From the NCBI GenBank assembly GCA_013265495.1, contig MU058037.1, forward strand, positions 1,551,498 through 1,615,497: DNA of 64,000 bases, written 5' to 3'. Positions 13,673 to 28,076 of this stretch are shown one piece after another; within the stretch, counting starts at the first letter, position 1; each line of letters opens with the position of its first letter. The notes beneath the pieces were generated by a model. That model saw only the letters and a program-made list of their open reading frames with translations. It was not told where the DNA came from and did no database searches. Position numbers and translations under genes: made by a program. Source of the DNA: Vicugna vicugna. Taxonomy: Eukaryota.

Positions 13673-16469
13673 ACCTCTGCCATGATTTTTGGTGAATTCA
13701 CCCTCCCATAGTCTGGACTCTCAGCTTCTTGATGTTCCCTCCTACCCATTCTTATGGTCTTATGTTTAATCTCATCACTTGCAAAAGCTGTAATCCCTCT
13801 CAATACCCTCACTTTGCAACTACCACCTTCTGTATTTTCAGCACACTCCCTACAGCACTTCAAGTCCAACAATCCTTCTTCCTTTATCTACCCATCTTCC
13901 CACTTTCCAACACCTTTAGGTCACCATATGCTCTCTTCACTTTCTTCCTCGCCCAGATAAATTTCTCAATCAAATTGCTATGAATATTACAGGTAGTTTA
14001 AAAAAATCTGTTAAATTACTTCTTTCCCATTGTGTTCTTAAGAAAAATGTGCCAACCTTATGGCATTTTATTATGTATGCTGATATAGTTTACTTAGTAA
14101 TTTTCCTAAGCTATTTGAAAGTCTGAGGATGAACCAGACATGATAAAATTAATAATGAGCCAAAAAATGGAATGTTATTTAATGACTTCCTTTCAAGGTG
14201 TGCAAACAACTTTAATCACCCCATTTTCCAAAATTCTCATGGGGTATATCTATGCAATTTTGCAGAGGGAATCTGGGTGAGCTGACGCAGGTCAATACAG
14301 ACTGCCTATACAGGTGGCATAAAGGCTTTAGGAAAGGTCTCCTTTTGTTATGTCTGTTCAACTGCTTTGCAGAATCAGCTCTCCAGATTTTCAATGCTAT
14401 GAATTCTATATTGTAAAAATACCTACTACTTACTTCTTTAGAATCTGGCTTTTAAGATAAACTTCATTTCAGCATGGGCATTGAAACTGAAACAGTTAAC
14501 TGTTCTAAAACTATTTCCATACGTCACCAAGAAAGTCTTTTGAGAACGGAAAAATCCAATAAATAAGCAGTTGTTTTACTTGCTCTCTCTATAAAAGAAA
14601 ATAGTTTGAAACTTTTCGAAGAATTGATTGTTTTCTGGAGTCAAATATATGTACATAAAAACCAACAAGAAACACTTCACACATAGAATGTGAAATAAGT
14701 AATTGTATTCATTATATTTCAGGTCATCTTCTCTAAGATTCCCATGGAATTAAGTCATTGAGGAATGTAATTAAGCCTTTGATATATCTAGTTACATCAT
14801 TAACCATGGGAAAATATTTACAGATTTAAACACTGATTTTTTTATACAGTGATCTGTTTAAACAGAAGTATACTGTATATTACTGATACAAAATTGAGGA
14901 CAATATATTGAAGTATACCAAAAAACTGAGATAAAGTCCTAACTAAAATTTACTTTTATAGGACATGAAGCTTTTGCTTTTACTAGTTATAAAACTATGA
15001 ATTTTAGCAATGCAAATCAAAGTAAGTATTCTTAAACGTAAAGTGCATTATTTATTTAGTTACAACAAATAATGTTGCTTATAAACATTGCTTTTATAAA
15101 TTTTTTATTATGCTAAGATATTGAAACAGATCTAATAAAATAGCTAAAGTAATAACACAGTGTAACATTCTTATATAAAAAGCAGTCTTTGGCAAACTGA
15201 AAAATAGACAATGGCTTAAATTATTTCTAACTCCAAAAATATAGATCTTTGATTGCAGCTTGGAAATGTTTGCCACTGCATGTGTATAGCTGCGTTTTAA
15301 TTTCATAAGACAGCAAAGTTCAAATGGAAAAAGAACTTTATGGCTTGACGCTGTAGTGTTGTTGGTAAGAAAATGTTCTACAAGCATCATTGTTAGATTT
15401 TAATCAAATGTACACTATTATTAATAAATGTAAAGTATTTTTATGCTTGTATGACCTTTTAGGGCTTATTAAACACATCTGACTCATTCCTATGTAATTG
15501 TACAAAAAGTAATAATAAATCTGTGAGAAATAACCTGGAAAAATTTAAGGTATCTCTTTAGGTGGTAATGCTTGTATTTACTAATTCATAATGAAAGTTA
15601 ATAATAGTCAAAAATATAGTAAAAACATGAAGATAAGGCCCATTTAAAATTTTTGCTGACTGCTTCCTCTTAGAGTAATTTTTATTCCTCTAGGGATAAA
15701 ACATTTATTAATCATAGAGTTCATATAACATGCTATCACAAGCTTTGTGATATCTCTGTGCCAGAGTCTCATAGTTAAATTATTCTTGTGTTACTTGACT
15801 TTTCATATCTGCTGCACATCTGGAGCTTTCTAACTGGGGTCTCTATAGTGGCAGGAATTGTGCCCTGTGTTTCTTACTGTATTCTAATAAATGTGGAAGA
15901 GGTCCAAGATAAATACTTTTGGACTTTGAATTTTATTCTGAAATTAATGGCAAGTAGCTTTTTAAAAATGATGAACTATATTTAGCTGTAATTAAACACA
16001 AAGAGAATATGAAATTAAAGAATACTGACAATGATGGAGTGCCTTATAATGATTTAACAATCTGTTTTAATGTTAAATTGCTATGTTTTAATACTAGTGT
16101 ACAGAACTGCTTGAAAATAAACCAACTTCTTCCTTACACAATAAAGCATTTTCAGTGCTATTACAAATGCTACAATGTTCTTTGGCAGAGGTAACTGCCT
16201 ACTCTCTTGAGCTTCCTTAGCTATTTCTTAGTGTCTTTGGTATATATGATCCTTAATTATACTAAATTGTAGCTATCTGTTTATAGGCTTTTCCACTTTT
16301 TGGCAGGAACTAGGTCTTACATATCTTTGTTATGAAAGTTCCTGGCAAAGATTCTGACCCAGACCAAGTAGTCATTAAATTTCTTTTGAATGCTCGAATG
16401 AAAGGATGGTAGACATTAGGGATATCCCAAATTACTGGGTTGTTCACTGGATCCTACTCCCTCTTTCTT

Positions 16470-17855
16470 ACTCAAGAGCATCTTTTGAGCAATCCTCCCT
16501 TACTTTCTCCTGTAGCATCAATTTTTCCCTTTCTACCTAATGATTCCCATTAGCATAGAAATATACTGCAATTTCTTCAATCTTAAAAAAAAAAAAGAAC
16601 CTCTCTTCACCCACCCAACTACACTTTATTTCTCTGAAATTCTTCACAGAGAAACTCCTAAAGTTTCATTTCTTTTCTCAGTCTCCAATTTCTCTCTTCC
16701 TTCTCTTTTTTTCCCTAGCTCTATTGAGGTATGACTGACAAAATAAAAATGTTATACATTAAGGCTGTACAACATGATTTTTAAGGTGTGCAATGTGACT
16801 TTAAATATATTTAATATAGATGTATATATATACACTTTGTGAAATGATTACCGCAATCAAGTTACCATATCCTTCACCTAGCATAGTTACCACCTGTGTG
16901 TGTGTCTGTGTGCGTGCATGTATGTGTAGTAAGAACACTTAAGATCTACTGTCTTTGCAAATTTCAAGTATATAATGGAAAACATACTGGAAGTTCCTCA
17001 AAAAATTAAAAATAGAACTTCTATAGGATTCAGCAACCCTACTTCTGGGTATACATCCAAAGGAAATGAAATCAGTATCTCAAAGAGGTATCTGTACTCC
17101 CATGTTCATTGCAGCATTATTCACAATAGCTAAGATCTGGAAAGAACCCAAGTGTCCATCAATAGATGAATAGATAAAGAAAATGTAGTATATGTATACA
17201 ATGGACTATTACTCTGCCATGAAAAGAAGGAAATCCTGCCATTTGTGAAGACATGGATGAAACTAAAGGACATTATACTAAGTGAAATAAGCCACAGAAA
17301 GACAAATAATGTGGAATCTCCTCCTTTCTCCTGAACCTTCTCCAATTAAGCTCTTGCCCCCTCAACTCCACCAAAACTACTATTGTCAAGGTCACTAGTG
17401 CTTCCATGTTGCTAAATCCAATAGACAATTCTCAGAACCCTTGACTTTTCTGATCTATTTGCAACATTTGACACAGGGGATTACTCTCTTCTTGAAACAC
17501 TTTCCTTACCTGGCACCCAGGATTCTGTCTTCCTGTGATTTTTGTCTCTTCTTCCTAAACTCACATGCATCCTTCAAAACTAAGTAAAAATGTCATTTCC
17601 TTAGGGATACTCCCCTTGACCTTATTTAGGTTGGGTTTCTCTGTATTGTTCTTATTTTCTCTTGCAATTTTTTTCCACAGCATGCCAGTTATAACCAAGT
17701 AAGTATTTATTAAATTATTTGCTTGAATTGTGTCCCCATTCTAGAATGTAAATTTCACAAGGGAACAGGAATCTCTGTTGTTTTTACCATGGTATCTCCA
17801 GCACTCAGCACAGTGCCTTAAACATAGTAACAACTCAATGTTTGTTGACTGATTA
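16470..17855 (+). mobile_element. L2 LINE (RT region plus 3' end), split by an L1 insertion at about 16706-17317
   Basis: 17340-17505 translates to LQLSSCPLNSTKTTIVKVTS...DLFATFDTGDYSLLETLS, matching L2 RT motifs (QSGF..HSTETAL.KVTND; DLSAAFDTVDH). L2 tail cagcacagtgccttaaacatagtaacaactcaatg at the end. Confidence 0.85.
16706..17317. mobile_element. 5'-truncated, 5'-inverted L1 (L1MA-type): 3' end on minus strand (16706-16975), ORF2 end on plus strand (16976-17317)
   Basis: Left arm: T-tract, then ctattgaggtatgactgaca...gtgaaatgattacc...cacttaagatctact. Right arm: ttcctcaaaaaattaaaaatagaact...cccatgttcattgcagcattattcacaatagc...ctaagtgaaataagcca. Confidence 0.88.
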
Positions 17856-19899
17856 CTTGTTAAAAAAGTTAACAGGGGGCCTTCCTCATATACCGGACTG
17901 AAAAGAGTCTAAACTATACTATCAGTTTCTATTTTCAAAGTTTCCTTCCGCTTCCTTCCTGTCAACTTTCCATTCCTCTCCCTCTTACGTTCCCCTCCCT
18001 TCCTCACTGCTCCCTCCCTGGCTTCCTTCTAAAGAACTTGATTGACCCCCTTTATGGTTCTAACAAATTGAGCCTTACAGAGCAGTTTGGTAATCAAGCC
18101 AAAACTAGAAGTCCTGCCTCCTGATTTCTTATCTAGAAATCTTCACATAATAAGATACCCGTGATGTCTATGGAAATATTACTGAATTGCTGCCTTTTCC
18201 AATTGTATGCCCCTAACCTTTTAAAAAAACTGTCACCAAATATTAAGCTTCAGGGTGATAAACAGCACCTGAGAAAGAATTTTTTCTATTACAGTTGCCA
18301 AAGAGTTGGAAAAAAAAAAGACTGCAGAGAAATTTCTCAATGTCTGACGTATCCGTTAAATGCTCACAAAAAAAAACTTCCTCTAGAGTCTAAGGAGAAA
18401 AAATATATATACGTACACACACATATACACATCTGTTCTGAATATTTTAGCCAACATTTTGATGAAAATGAGTGTAGTAGGAATGTTAAGCTATAAGCAT
18501 GCCACATACACCCATCAGACTCCCCACATACCAGACAGAAAAATTACTTTTGGATGGTTGACTACATTTCTAGGAAAACATCCTGAGGTTATTTGAGGTA
18601 GAGAATCACACACTTATAGAGGAGTAAAACTCAATTAAATGGAAAGCCAGTAATTTTTTTAAGGATAAAGGCAACATATCTGGATCTAATAAAATAAGTA
18701 AGAATGGACACTTTGATTTCTAGGGTCATATTTTTAAAATTTCATTTCTGGATAAAAGAGTTTGGGAAAAAACTGGCTTGTAAACATTGCAATGTGATGA
18801 TTATTTAAGTACTGGCTTTAATGCCTTATAATAGTATAAACCAAACACAAACCCAATGACTATTAACTTGAATCTTTTCAGTTGCATTAAGGAAGAACAA
18901 AAATAATTAAAATCTCATTTCAAAGAATAAGCTACATCTGCTTGTGAATTTTCCTATTGCTTCCTAAAAGTGATCTAGACTTTAAACGAGGAGTAACAAA
19001 AATTGTTGGAGAAAATTCTGAACTGCATCAAAAATTATAGGGAACTTTAAACATTAGATTCCAAGGCTAATTACATTTTGAACCAAATTACATTCTACTA
19101 AGAGAGCACATGTGCTATACACACTGGGGTTAAGAAAGACAGATTTTTTTTTTCGGTTGAAATGTTGCCACTGTGCAAAGACAATTCTGCATTTAGAGAG
19201 GTGTGGGAGGATTGAGCAGGATTCAGATGGTTTAAATACTGTCTAAATCGCAAAAGAGTTCTGGGTTCTCCTCTGAAGGCTCTGGTGAGTAAAAAAAGAG
19301 CTATGCTAAAATGATTTTGCCTCTTCCTGTGCTCAGAAATATAGTTGTGGGAAAGAAAGATTACATGGGCATGTAAATATTACTTGGTTCAAAATATCCC
19401 ATTTTCAAGTTAAGTAACTACAAATTGAAGCAATCTATTTTTTTTAATCTTAGTAGAGTCTTCAAAATGTTATCAAAATGTGGAAGACAGTCACCCTTTC
19501 TCATGAAAAGCAAAAAGGACAATGATTAAGACCATCATTTGAAGACATTCACATGAAATAAACAAAATGACATCTTATAACTTTATAACTCCTTTCACAA
19601 TATTTTTCTCCATGGGATCATATTAGTCAACGAAGCTAGCAAGAAAGGTAGAGATGAAAAACTTCACACACACCATAGTTAATTTCTTAGAATTTCACTG
19701 ATAATCACTGCTAAAGTCAGCCTGTGAACATAGACTTTCAACTTTTATCTCAGTACTCTTTTCACTACAAATTGCCTCAGTGATGAATTCAAGACCATTG
19801 CATTACACAAAAATTCAATTAATTTTTCTTCAAAAATAATTCACAGACAAGTATGATTATTGCTTTTTTTAAAAGTATCTTCCCAGCCAGTTTGCAACT

Positions 19900-20290
19900 C
19901 TCGCAAAAAATTCTTAAAGGCTAGGTAAAGAACTAATGGATGATCAGAACATAAACTGTGGATGTAACTGTGTTTGTTGTCCATCCCTTAACAAAGATGG
20001 AAAATAAATTGATTTGACATGATGTGTTATTTATAAAGTAATGCTAGGTTGTCATATGTATACTTTTAAATGGCTGCCTATTGTTTTAATTATTTGCTCT
20101 AACTCTCCAGTCATTAAGGTAATCAGTGTATAATTTTTACTCATCTCTCTTAACAAGATTGGATATAACACTTGACATTTTCTAACCCCAGGGATCTATT
20201 TCCTCCGTGATTTCTGGCAAACTGTTTTGCAGTTACACCAGTAATTCTACAAGGAGCCTGGAGTATAGAACACCATGCAGTCTTCTTCTC
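19900..20290 (-). mobile_element. Ancient CR1/L3 LINE reverse-transcriptase relic
   Basis: Minus-strand peptides with frameshifts, LYSRLLVEL, NYTLITL..GELEQIIKTIGSHLK, *HYFINNTSCQINLFS and VLYLAFKNF, are collinear with CR1 RT motifs HPRVLKEL, NYRPVSL...LEQIIK..I..HL, QHGF....SC.TNLISF and VYLDF.KAF. Confidence 0.75.
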
Positions 20291-20514
20291 AGTTAGCAGT
20301 TATTACTTCAGTTTGAACTTTTATCACAATTAAGATTTACTCTAGAAAATGGCTTTCTTGTAAGATAAAAATGAAGATGACATTCAACAAGCTGTCTGCT
20401 AGGGCAGGCTTCAACTTAAGAATAGAAGCTTTTCCAAATGCTTATCTGTTAAGCCAGCTGTTTGTAACTTGAAACAAATTTTATCATTGGTATATGGGTT
20501 GTTAAAGTCTATTT

Positions 20515-20810
20515 CAACCTTTTCCAAAATACATTCCATCAAACATTAGTTCCATTGAGAGGTTAATAAGTATTTTGTGACCAAAACCAAAGAAGATGCA
20601 ACGTACAAATATATTTGGGAAACAATAAGCTAACTCAAGTTCAACAAGATTTTCAAAGCCTTTAATATGCTAATCTATACTTATTAATCTCCAAGAGGGG
20701 GATAAAATATGCAGAGCTTCCCAATCTTATTTAACCACATAACCTCTTTCTTTTACAAAGATTCTCTTTCAGAACTAGTGATCTGAAAAACATATTTAGG
20801 AAAGTGCTGG
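20515..20810. mobile_element. hAT-Charlie-type non-autonomous DNA transposon (Charlie4-like)
   Basis: tttccaaaatacattcc...ctttaatatgctaat...aatctccaagagggggata...ttcccaatcttatttaaccac...tttaggaaagtgctg. Subfamily from recall. Confidence 0.6.
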
Positions 20811-21217
20811 ATTACTTAAAGCCACACTGTGATTTGAAAACTAACATTAACCACTCTATTTAAATTTCACTTAGCTGCCATTTACTACAATTTTTCCCAT
20901 AGGGGAAAATGTTTTCTGATTTCAACTAGGGACAGCGGGTTCCCTCCTGCTCCGGAGGATGTCATGATTAGGTTTTCTATTGTAGAGCAGGGTAGGTCAT
21001 CCCAGATACTCACAACTTTATACTACTTCTGCCCAGAGAATATGCTAAGTGTGAATAAGTGCAGGTCTATCTTTCCAGAGCAGTAAGTTCCCAGATTCTT
21101 TGAATTAAAAAAAAAGAGGCAATTGGCCTTATGTCATACAAGGGCTCTTTGATTTTGTAGTCATATATATCTGCTTCTGTATACAATATGTCTGCAACTG
21201 ATTCTTCTTAATTTAGC

Positions 21218-21430
21218 TAGGGTTTCTCAGCAGCAGCATTCGTGACATTTTGGACTGAATCATTATTGTTGGGGGCTGTCCTATTCATTGTACGATGTTT
21301 AGTAGCATCCTGGGTCTCTACTCACTAGATATCAGTAGCACCTCCACCTCCATTTATGAAAACTACAATGTCCCCAGAAATTGTCAAATGTCCCCTAGGG
21401 GGCAATACTGACCCCAGTTAAGAATCATTG
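21218..21430. mobile_element. MER20 (hAT-Charlie DNA transposon), near full length
   Basis: gggtttctcag...gacattttgg...gggggctgtcct...gatgtttagtagcatcc...aatgtcccctagggggcaa...cagttaagaatcattg follows the recalled MER20 consensus end to end. Confidence 0.9.
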
Positions 21431-22202
21431 AGTTAAACTGTTCCTATTCTTGACTTTCCCATTTTGTCTTTAAGGGAAGCGCTATTTAAACTAGCTCATT
21501 TCTTTCTGTTAATTCATTCGAAGAGTTTTCTACCCCTCTAATCGTTGCATCAGCTTTGTTTATTTGGTTTGCTAATCCTTCCATTTTATCCACATATTAA
21601 CATTTTGGAACTTTATTAAAAATTCCTTTTTCTTAAACTTACTGTTTTATCTATTACTTAGTTCTTTCAATTCTTTCCAGACGATCTTTTCTTGCCAGGT
21701 TTCATTTCTTTGAAAGTCTCCAACTATTTAATTTATTTCATGTATTATTTTCTCTATCCTTTTTTTAAGCACCTAATATTAAACTTTAAAAAGGCGTGGA
21801 GTTTAAATTGTTTTTAAAATTCTGATGCTGAAAAGGTTATAAAGAGGCCTCCTTCAGCCCAGCACATGAGCTAGTGATTTTAGTAATGGAATTTAAAAGA
21901 AGACTTGGATCAGGGCAGTTTCTAGTGTTAGGAGTTATCTAAATACTCCTCTTTCTACTTTTCAAAACCAAACCAAAAGAAACAAGCAAACTCTTATTTA
22001 TATTTCTTTTAATTGCTATGATTTAAATGGCTGGTTATTGGGTAGGTAGAGGGACCAAAATGAAGGAATACTTCCAATCCTTTTGTTCTTTATTAAGTCC
22101 CTCCACACGAAAGGAGGAACTGTTAATTTGATTGATCAGCACTTGACCGTCTTTGGGACATCACTGTTTACGAGCAGCAGTAATTGATTATGCTATTTAG
22201 GC

Positions 22203-22430
22203 ACCATTTATTGAGTACTTCCTATGAGGCAAGATCAGTGCTCAGCACTTGACATATATTATCTTATTTAATCCTCATAAAAACACTATGAGTAGTATTG
22301 CTATCCTATTTTACAGATAAGGAAACAAAAGCATGGTGAGGCTAAGACTCAAGTTCAAGGTCAATCCATTATTAAAGGCCAAAGCTAGGCACCAAATTCA
22401 GGTCTAGCTGACCTCAAAACTCATGCTCTG
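22203..22430 (-). mobile_element. MIR SINE, near full length
   Basis: catttattgagtacttcctatg...atttaatcctcat...cctattttacagataaggaaac...caggtctagctgacctcaaaactcatgctct. Confidence 0.85.
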
Positions 22431-23809
22431 CTATTTCTATCAGTAAAATTATACAAACTAAGGAAGAGTGCCTTCCCTAGGTGATTACTCTAATTTTTAC
22501 ATTAGGAACAGACTATTTTCTATTTCTATGCCAAAATACTGCTGAACTACTTTTCCAACGGTTACATGGTCTCATATCACCGTTAGCTTGATATTCAAAA
22601 TTATTTTGTGAAGCTAACCAACATGCTGTCTTCATGAAATGTACTAAATAAGTCCAAAGGAATAACAATTCCTATGAGTATAGTACATATCTCATAATTC
22701 TGCATTTTTGACTAACTTCTATTTCTATGGTTAGTTCTGCTTTGGAAGTGGTACATTTTACTTGAACACAGAAAATTCCTGTGGTTAGAATCCCATTTTC
22801 TTTTCTCTCTAGCATAGCTGATGAATGACAGCTGAACTTTTACCCGATAAGGAAGATAATTTATATTCAAAAATCACAGAAAAGAGAACAGGCTTGTATT
22901 TGGAAATAAAGAAATGTGAATACCTTTAAGAAATGTTTGAAATAATGCTGTTTATTATAATTCAACGCCCCAAAAGATAGAATGAAGTTGTAAGACAGAG
23001 AAAGGTGATGTTGAAATATGATGAGAGGCCCTGCAACCTACAGGCTATATCCTCACCTCACACTGATGAAACTTAGTTTATATTATCACTGCCCATAGGT
23101 CCTTCATCATGCTGCTGTGAGTCACTTCAACCCATTTGCTATTCATGTGGATAAAAGGGACATGGTATTTGGTTTTCTTTTGTCCCAACTACTCAAGTGG
23201 AAAATGTTCACGTATAATGTTACAGAAATTAATTTTTCTCAATGCACACTGTGTACAAATAACATTTATGAGGAGCACTTGTAAAATATCAGCCTTACAT
23301 TCATTCATGTGCTTTTTGTCAGGTGCTGGATTTTCAATAAACCAGAAAAGGTCCAAATTCTGTCAAACCAATACTATTCTATAATATTATTGTAAAAAAT
23401 ATGTTTTCCTCCTATTCATATAAAATCTGACCACTCATGACTACAAAGGGACTCAGCCAACTGTGTCTACCTTTTAGCGGGTATCTACACATAGAAATGT
23501 GCTGTGATGAAAGAGCAAGGGGAAGGAGTCTGTGAACAGTGAAAAGGGAAAGCTGACGGGAAATATCATTCTGAAAAGTTGCCAAGCAACTGATCTCATC
23601 AAATCTGAACCTTTGCCTTTGAAGCATGAGCAAATGAGACCAAATAGTTAAAGTGATTTAATGCTATCATTTCCCCCTGTTTTATTTTCACATTGAAGCT
23701 TTTTCCTCTGAACTTTCTGTTTATTCACTCTATCTTACTCTTCAAAGAATTTTAAATGGTTGATATTATTATTATTATTTACATGTTGAGATAGTTCAGC
23801 TCTTTTATT

Positions 23810-24005
23810 GTTTTTCTCAGCTTTATTGAGGCATAATTGACAAATAAAAGTTGTATATTTTAAGGCGTACAACATGATGATTTGACATTATACATATACA
23901 TTGTGAAATGAATAACCACAATCAAGATATTTATCACATCTATCATATCAAATAGTTATCCTTTTTTTATGTGGTGAAAACCCTTAAGATTTATTCTCTT
24001 AGCAA
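23810..24005 (-). mobile_element. L1MA-type 3' end fragment
   Basis: cagctttattgaggcataattgacaaataaaag...tacattgtgaaatg...cttaagatttattctcttagcaa. Visibly similar to 16715-16965. Confidence 0.85.
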
Positions 24006-24019
24006 CATTAATGTCTTTA

Positions 24020-24260
24020 TATAATAATGACAACAGTGAATAGAGATATCTAGCACATATTGGGCACTTTCTAGGCAATTTACAGTGTGTTGTCATAAAT
24101 TCTCAAAAAAGTCTATGAGGCAGATATTTATCAACTTCATTTAACAAATGAGAAAACTAAGGCCTAGAGTAACATTCCTAAGGTCACACTGGAGTAATGA
24201 GGTGGCAGACAGGACTACCAAGTATGGCTGATGATAAACCTAATGCTAGCAATCACCTAT
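24020..24260 (-). mobile_element. MIR SINE
   Basis: ctatgagg...catttaacaaatgagaaaactaaggcctagag...cctaaggtcacac. Confidence 0.7.
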
Positions 24261-24629
24261 CTAGGTTGCCTTCCCTACTGTATCTGTGTTCTGAAAAATC
24301 ACTCTTGTTTATCTTTTTAGGACAGTGAAACCTATCTTATGCTCTCTGATAAAGACATAACATTTTGTTGCTAACTTTACCCCTCAATTTAGCTATCTTC
24401 TCCTAAAGTGTGTCAGGGCCATGTCTATGTAAATGCATGTTTATTACAGTACCAGTAAATATAAAAAATATAAAAGAACATACAAAATCAGACCTAGTTC
24501 TGCTTGCCTGAAATCAAATGCTTGAATTTGGAAGGAGTAATGCAATTTTTAGAATTATTTTCCTACAATTTACCAAATTATTTTCATAATATTTAGTTAG
24601 CCAGAACTGGTAGATTCAACAAATATTCA

Positions 24630-24800
24630 TGGGTACTTAATCCTAGCTTCACCACTTTCTAGTTGGGTAAATTATTTAACTCATCTGTAAAATAAGGATT
24701 CTATTAGTATCTACCTTACGGAGTTGTTGTGAGTATTAAATGGGTTAATGCCTTTTAAAAGCTTAGAAGAGTACCTGGCATATATAAAAGGTCAACAGGT
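24630..24800 (+). mobile_element. MIR SINE
   Basis: aatcctagcttcaccactttctag...ctcatctgtaaaataagg...gttgttgtgagtattaaatg...cttagaagagtacctggcata. Confidence 0.8.
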
Positions 24801-27773
24801 ATCATTTACTTTCTTTCTAGATGGGCTTTCCACTCTCTATCCATATTATATTTGTCTCATAGCATAGGGCAAATAACCATTCTTTAATTCACTCTTAGCC
24901 ACAAATAGTGGGTCCATGATATAAAATAAGAACCTTGATTAATCAATATATTTTAAAGCTCACAATTAGGATATTTTCAAGAATTTTTCTTTACATCTGT
25001 TTCTTTACCATTGTGTCTAATAACAGCTTCCCTAAATATTTTCGTCTTATATACCTAACTTTAAAATGAATGAAACCAAAAGCACACACTAAAAACTGTA
25101 TCATGTTTTTCCTTTGCTTCTCAAAATCCTACCTAGACTCTTATAATCTTAATTCTAAATCTTTTTGACCAAACAGGTAATTTGGGAAGTTAATAGGTAG
25201 TAATGATAGCTAAGTTCACATACTTGAAGATAAGGGTATTTGCAACTAAGGACAGAGTTGAACACTGTAAGGCTAAAGGACTTACATACTGCATTTGAAG
25301 CAATCACACAAGTGCTAACAATTTAAATTACTATCATTTTCAGAAAATATCAAATGTGAACTTTTTTGTAACTTCAGTATTTTTTGCAATATACTTCAAT
25401 AGGAGCAAGTATGTTCATTATTATTTTTAAATCCAAGAGAATGCTGTCACACTTGGGGTTCCATGTGATGGGACCATTTTATAGGTTAAATAAAGAAGTT
25501 GTTATCCATTCTTGCTTTCTAAGGTTTGAAGTTATTCGTATTGGGGCCTTTAGGGAGACTTGGAGATTTAACTTAACGCTTAGATTTTAGATGAAGGTTT
25601 GAGAAGGTGCCAGGTATTTGGTGGGGATAACTAGCATTTAGAAATCCCAGTTGATGAGTATTCATCATTTAAAACTCAGCATAAACTCAGCATTGATGTG
25701 ATTTCCCAAGAAGACTCTGGAGCCTCAGCTCCTGGGCTACTGGAGCACTTTGTTCACACCATCCTACTTATCTAAAGTGGCTGCACTGCATCTCTTTGTT
25801 TTTTCCCTCTGGGGTATGACTGCATTCCACAGAGGATTTACATTTTATTCATCTTTACATCTTCAGTGCCTGGCTGACTTTATGTACACAACAAATAGTA
25901 GCTGAATGAGGTTAACAAATGAATTAATCTTTGGGAAAATTATGGCCACAGATTCATGTATGTGACAGGTAGGTTTTACTACTTAAGATCTGATTTAAAA
26001 AAGGTAAATATATTTAACTGCTAGTTACCTGGAACAACTTTCAAGGTGTGCTAGGAAATCTACACTGAAGTATCTATAAGTATCTCTATTGAAGGCTCAA
26101 ACTATATTTCAAGTACAAAAGTTAAAAAAAAAACCTTCAGGATCAAAAGTAAAGTACTTTTTAAACTTCCTTGGCTTTCTTTTAAACATATATATACATA
26201 TATATATTTCTTTTCTCCTAACTTGTTTTATAAAAATATATCAAGTATCTATAGGATATCTAAATTCTCTAAAATTTAAATAGTAATCTATCTTATTGGA
26301 AGAGATATGATTTGTGGAACATGACAGCACTACGTGCTTCAAACTGTAGTCTGAAGGAACTAACAATTCATAGACATTTAACTAAGACCCTATAAGCTAT
26401 TTTTATAAAGTTATTAATAATCAACTTCATCTGATGATTATAATTTCCCCTTAAATTAAACATTCTTATTTACTTCAACACAAGTAGAAAATAGCCAGAA
26501 AATCCTGGGACATAAAAAAGAAGAGTTGATATACATTACTGCCTATCCAACAATAGGTAGTCAATAAGTGCTTGTAGAAGGAGTGAACAAAAATAAAAAC
26601 CTTGTGTGATGGAGCAGAGGCAGAGATAACAAAGATGGCAGGCCTCCATACTGCAGAGGTTTACAATATAATAGCGGAGAAAAGCAAAGGTGCAAATGCC
26701 TTCACTTATGACAGTTCAACATAAGCGCCACCAGAGTAGTACAACAGTTGAGCTATGCTAAAAAATATCATTACTTATGATAAAACAGCACATGTACAGA
26801 GAATGACACAAAACAAGACATGTATGGTTCCTATTCTTTAGGGTCATTTTGGTCAAAACTTTTCATACATAACTATTACCAAAGAGCTGTGGGGAAATAA
26901 GGCATGGGTAATAAGGTACATGATGACCAATCTTTTGGGACCACAGGAGGGAGGCACATGACCATGGTGGACAAGTAAGGGAGGCAGGCGGAAAGAGAAA
27001 GCTAAAAACAACTTTCCTTCTGCTCAGCTCCCACTGAATGAGTCTGGACTAATCAGCAAGGATCCTGTCCCTCCCCACAAACTGAAAAGGAATAAGCACA
27101 GAATTCCAATTAAATCCATGCACTCTTGCAATAGGTCCATAGGTTTTACTACTTTAGGCAACTGTATCTGCAAATCTTTCGGCTACACTATGTCAATTTA
27201 AAGTATTTGTGACTGGGTTACTTTCTTGGTCATGCATGGAAAAACAGGAGTTAAAGATAAAAAATTCTGTGACACGGTAGCTCTAGGCCCATCTTTGCTT
27301 TAGATATAGTATGTCCTTCCTATTTAAAATCCACTCAAATTTTGCAGCTTCTTACAAAAAATAAAAATTGAGATGAGATTTTCCTTCGAAAAATCCATCT
27401 AAATATTTTTAATACATTAGATATAAGGAAATTTTATTTTAAATAAGTCATATCAACAGTAAGTATTCACTAAAAAAACTGGGGGAACCCCTTGAACTAT
27501 TCCAATTTGGCAACACCTGATACACAAAATTACATGTGATTCAAAAAGGTTTTGAAAAATCATTAATGAGCTAAAATGTTACCTACTATTCTTGCTTATC
27601 TTGGGAAAAGTTAGAATAATTTTTAATGATATGCCTCATATTGTTGAGATTCCACTTGGAAGCACATGACAGACACAGATAGATTATAAAGATTCAAAAG
27701 CTATCAAGTAATTTCCACAACCCAAAAGTCTAGGAAAAGAAGTTAAGATTCCCATGCCAGACATATGTTCTTA

Positions 27774-28076
<303 letters not shown>

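Noticed and set aside
14434..14588. 155-nt AG..GT pseudo-exon; similar ones near 36138-36187, 41160-41193 and 54760-54846
   Set aside because: Such pairs are expected by chance in AT-rich introns, and none has two strong sites plus a supporting motif.
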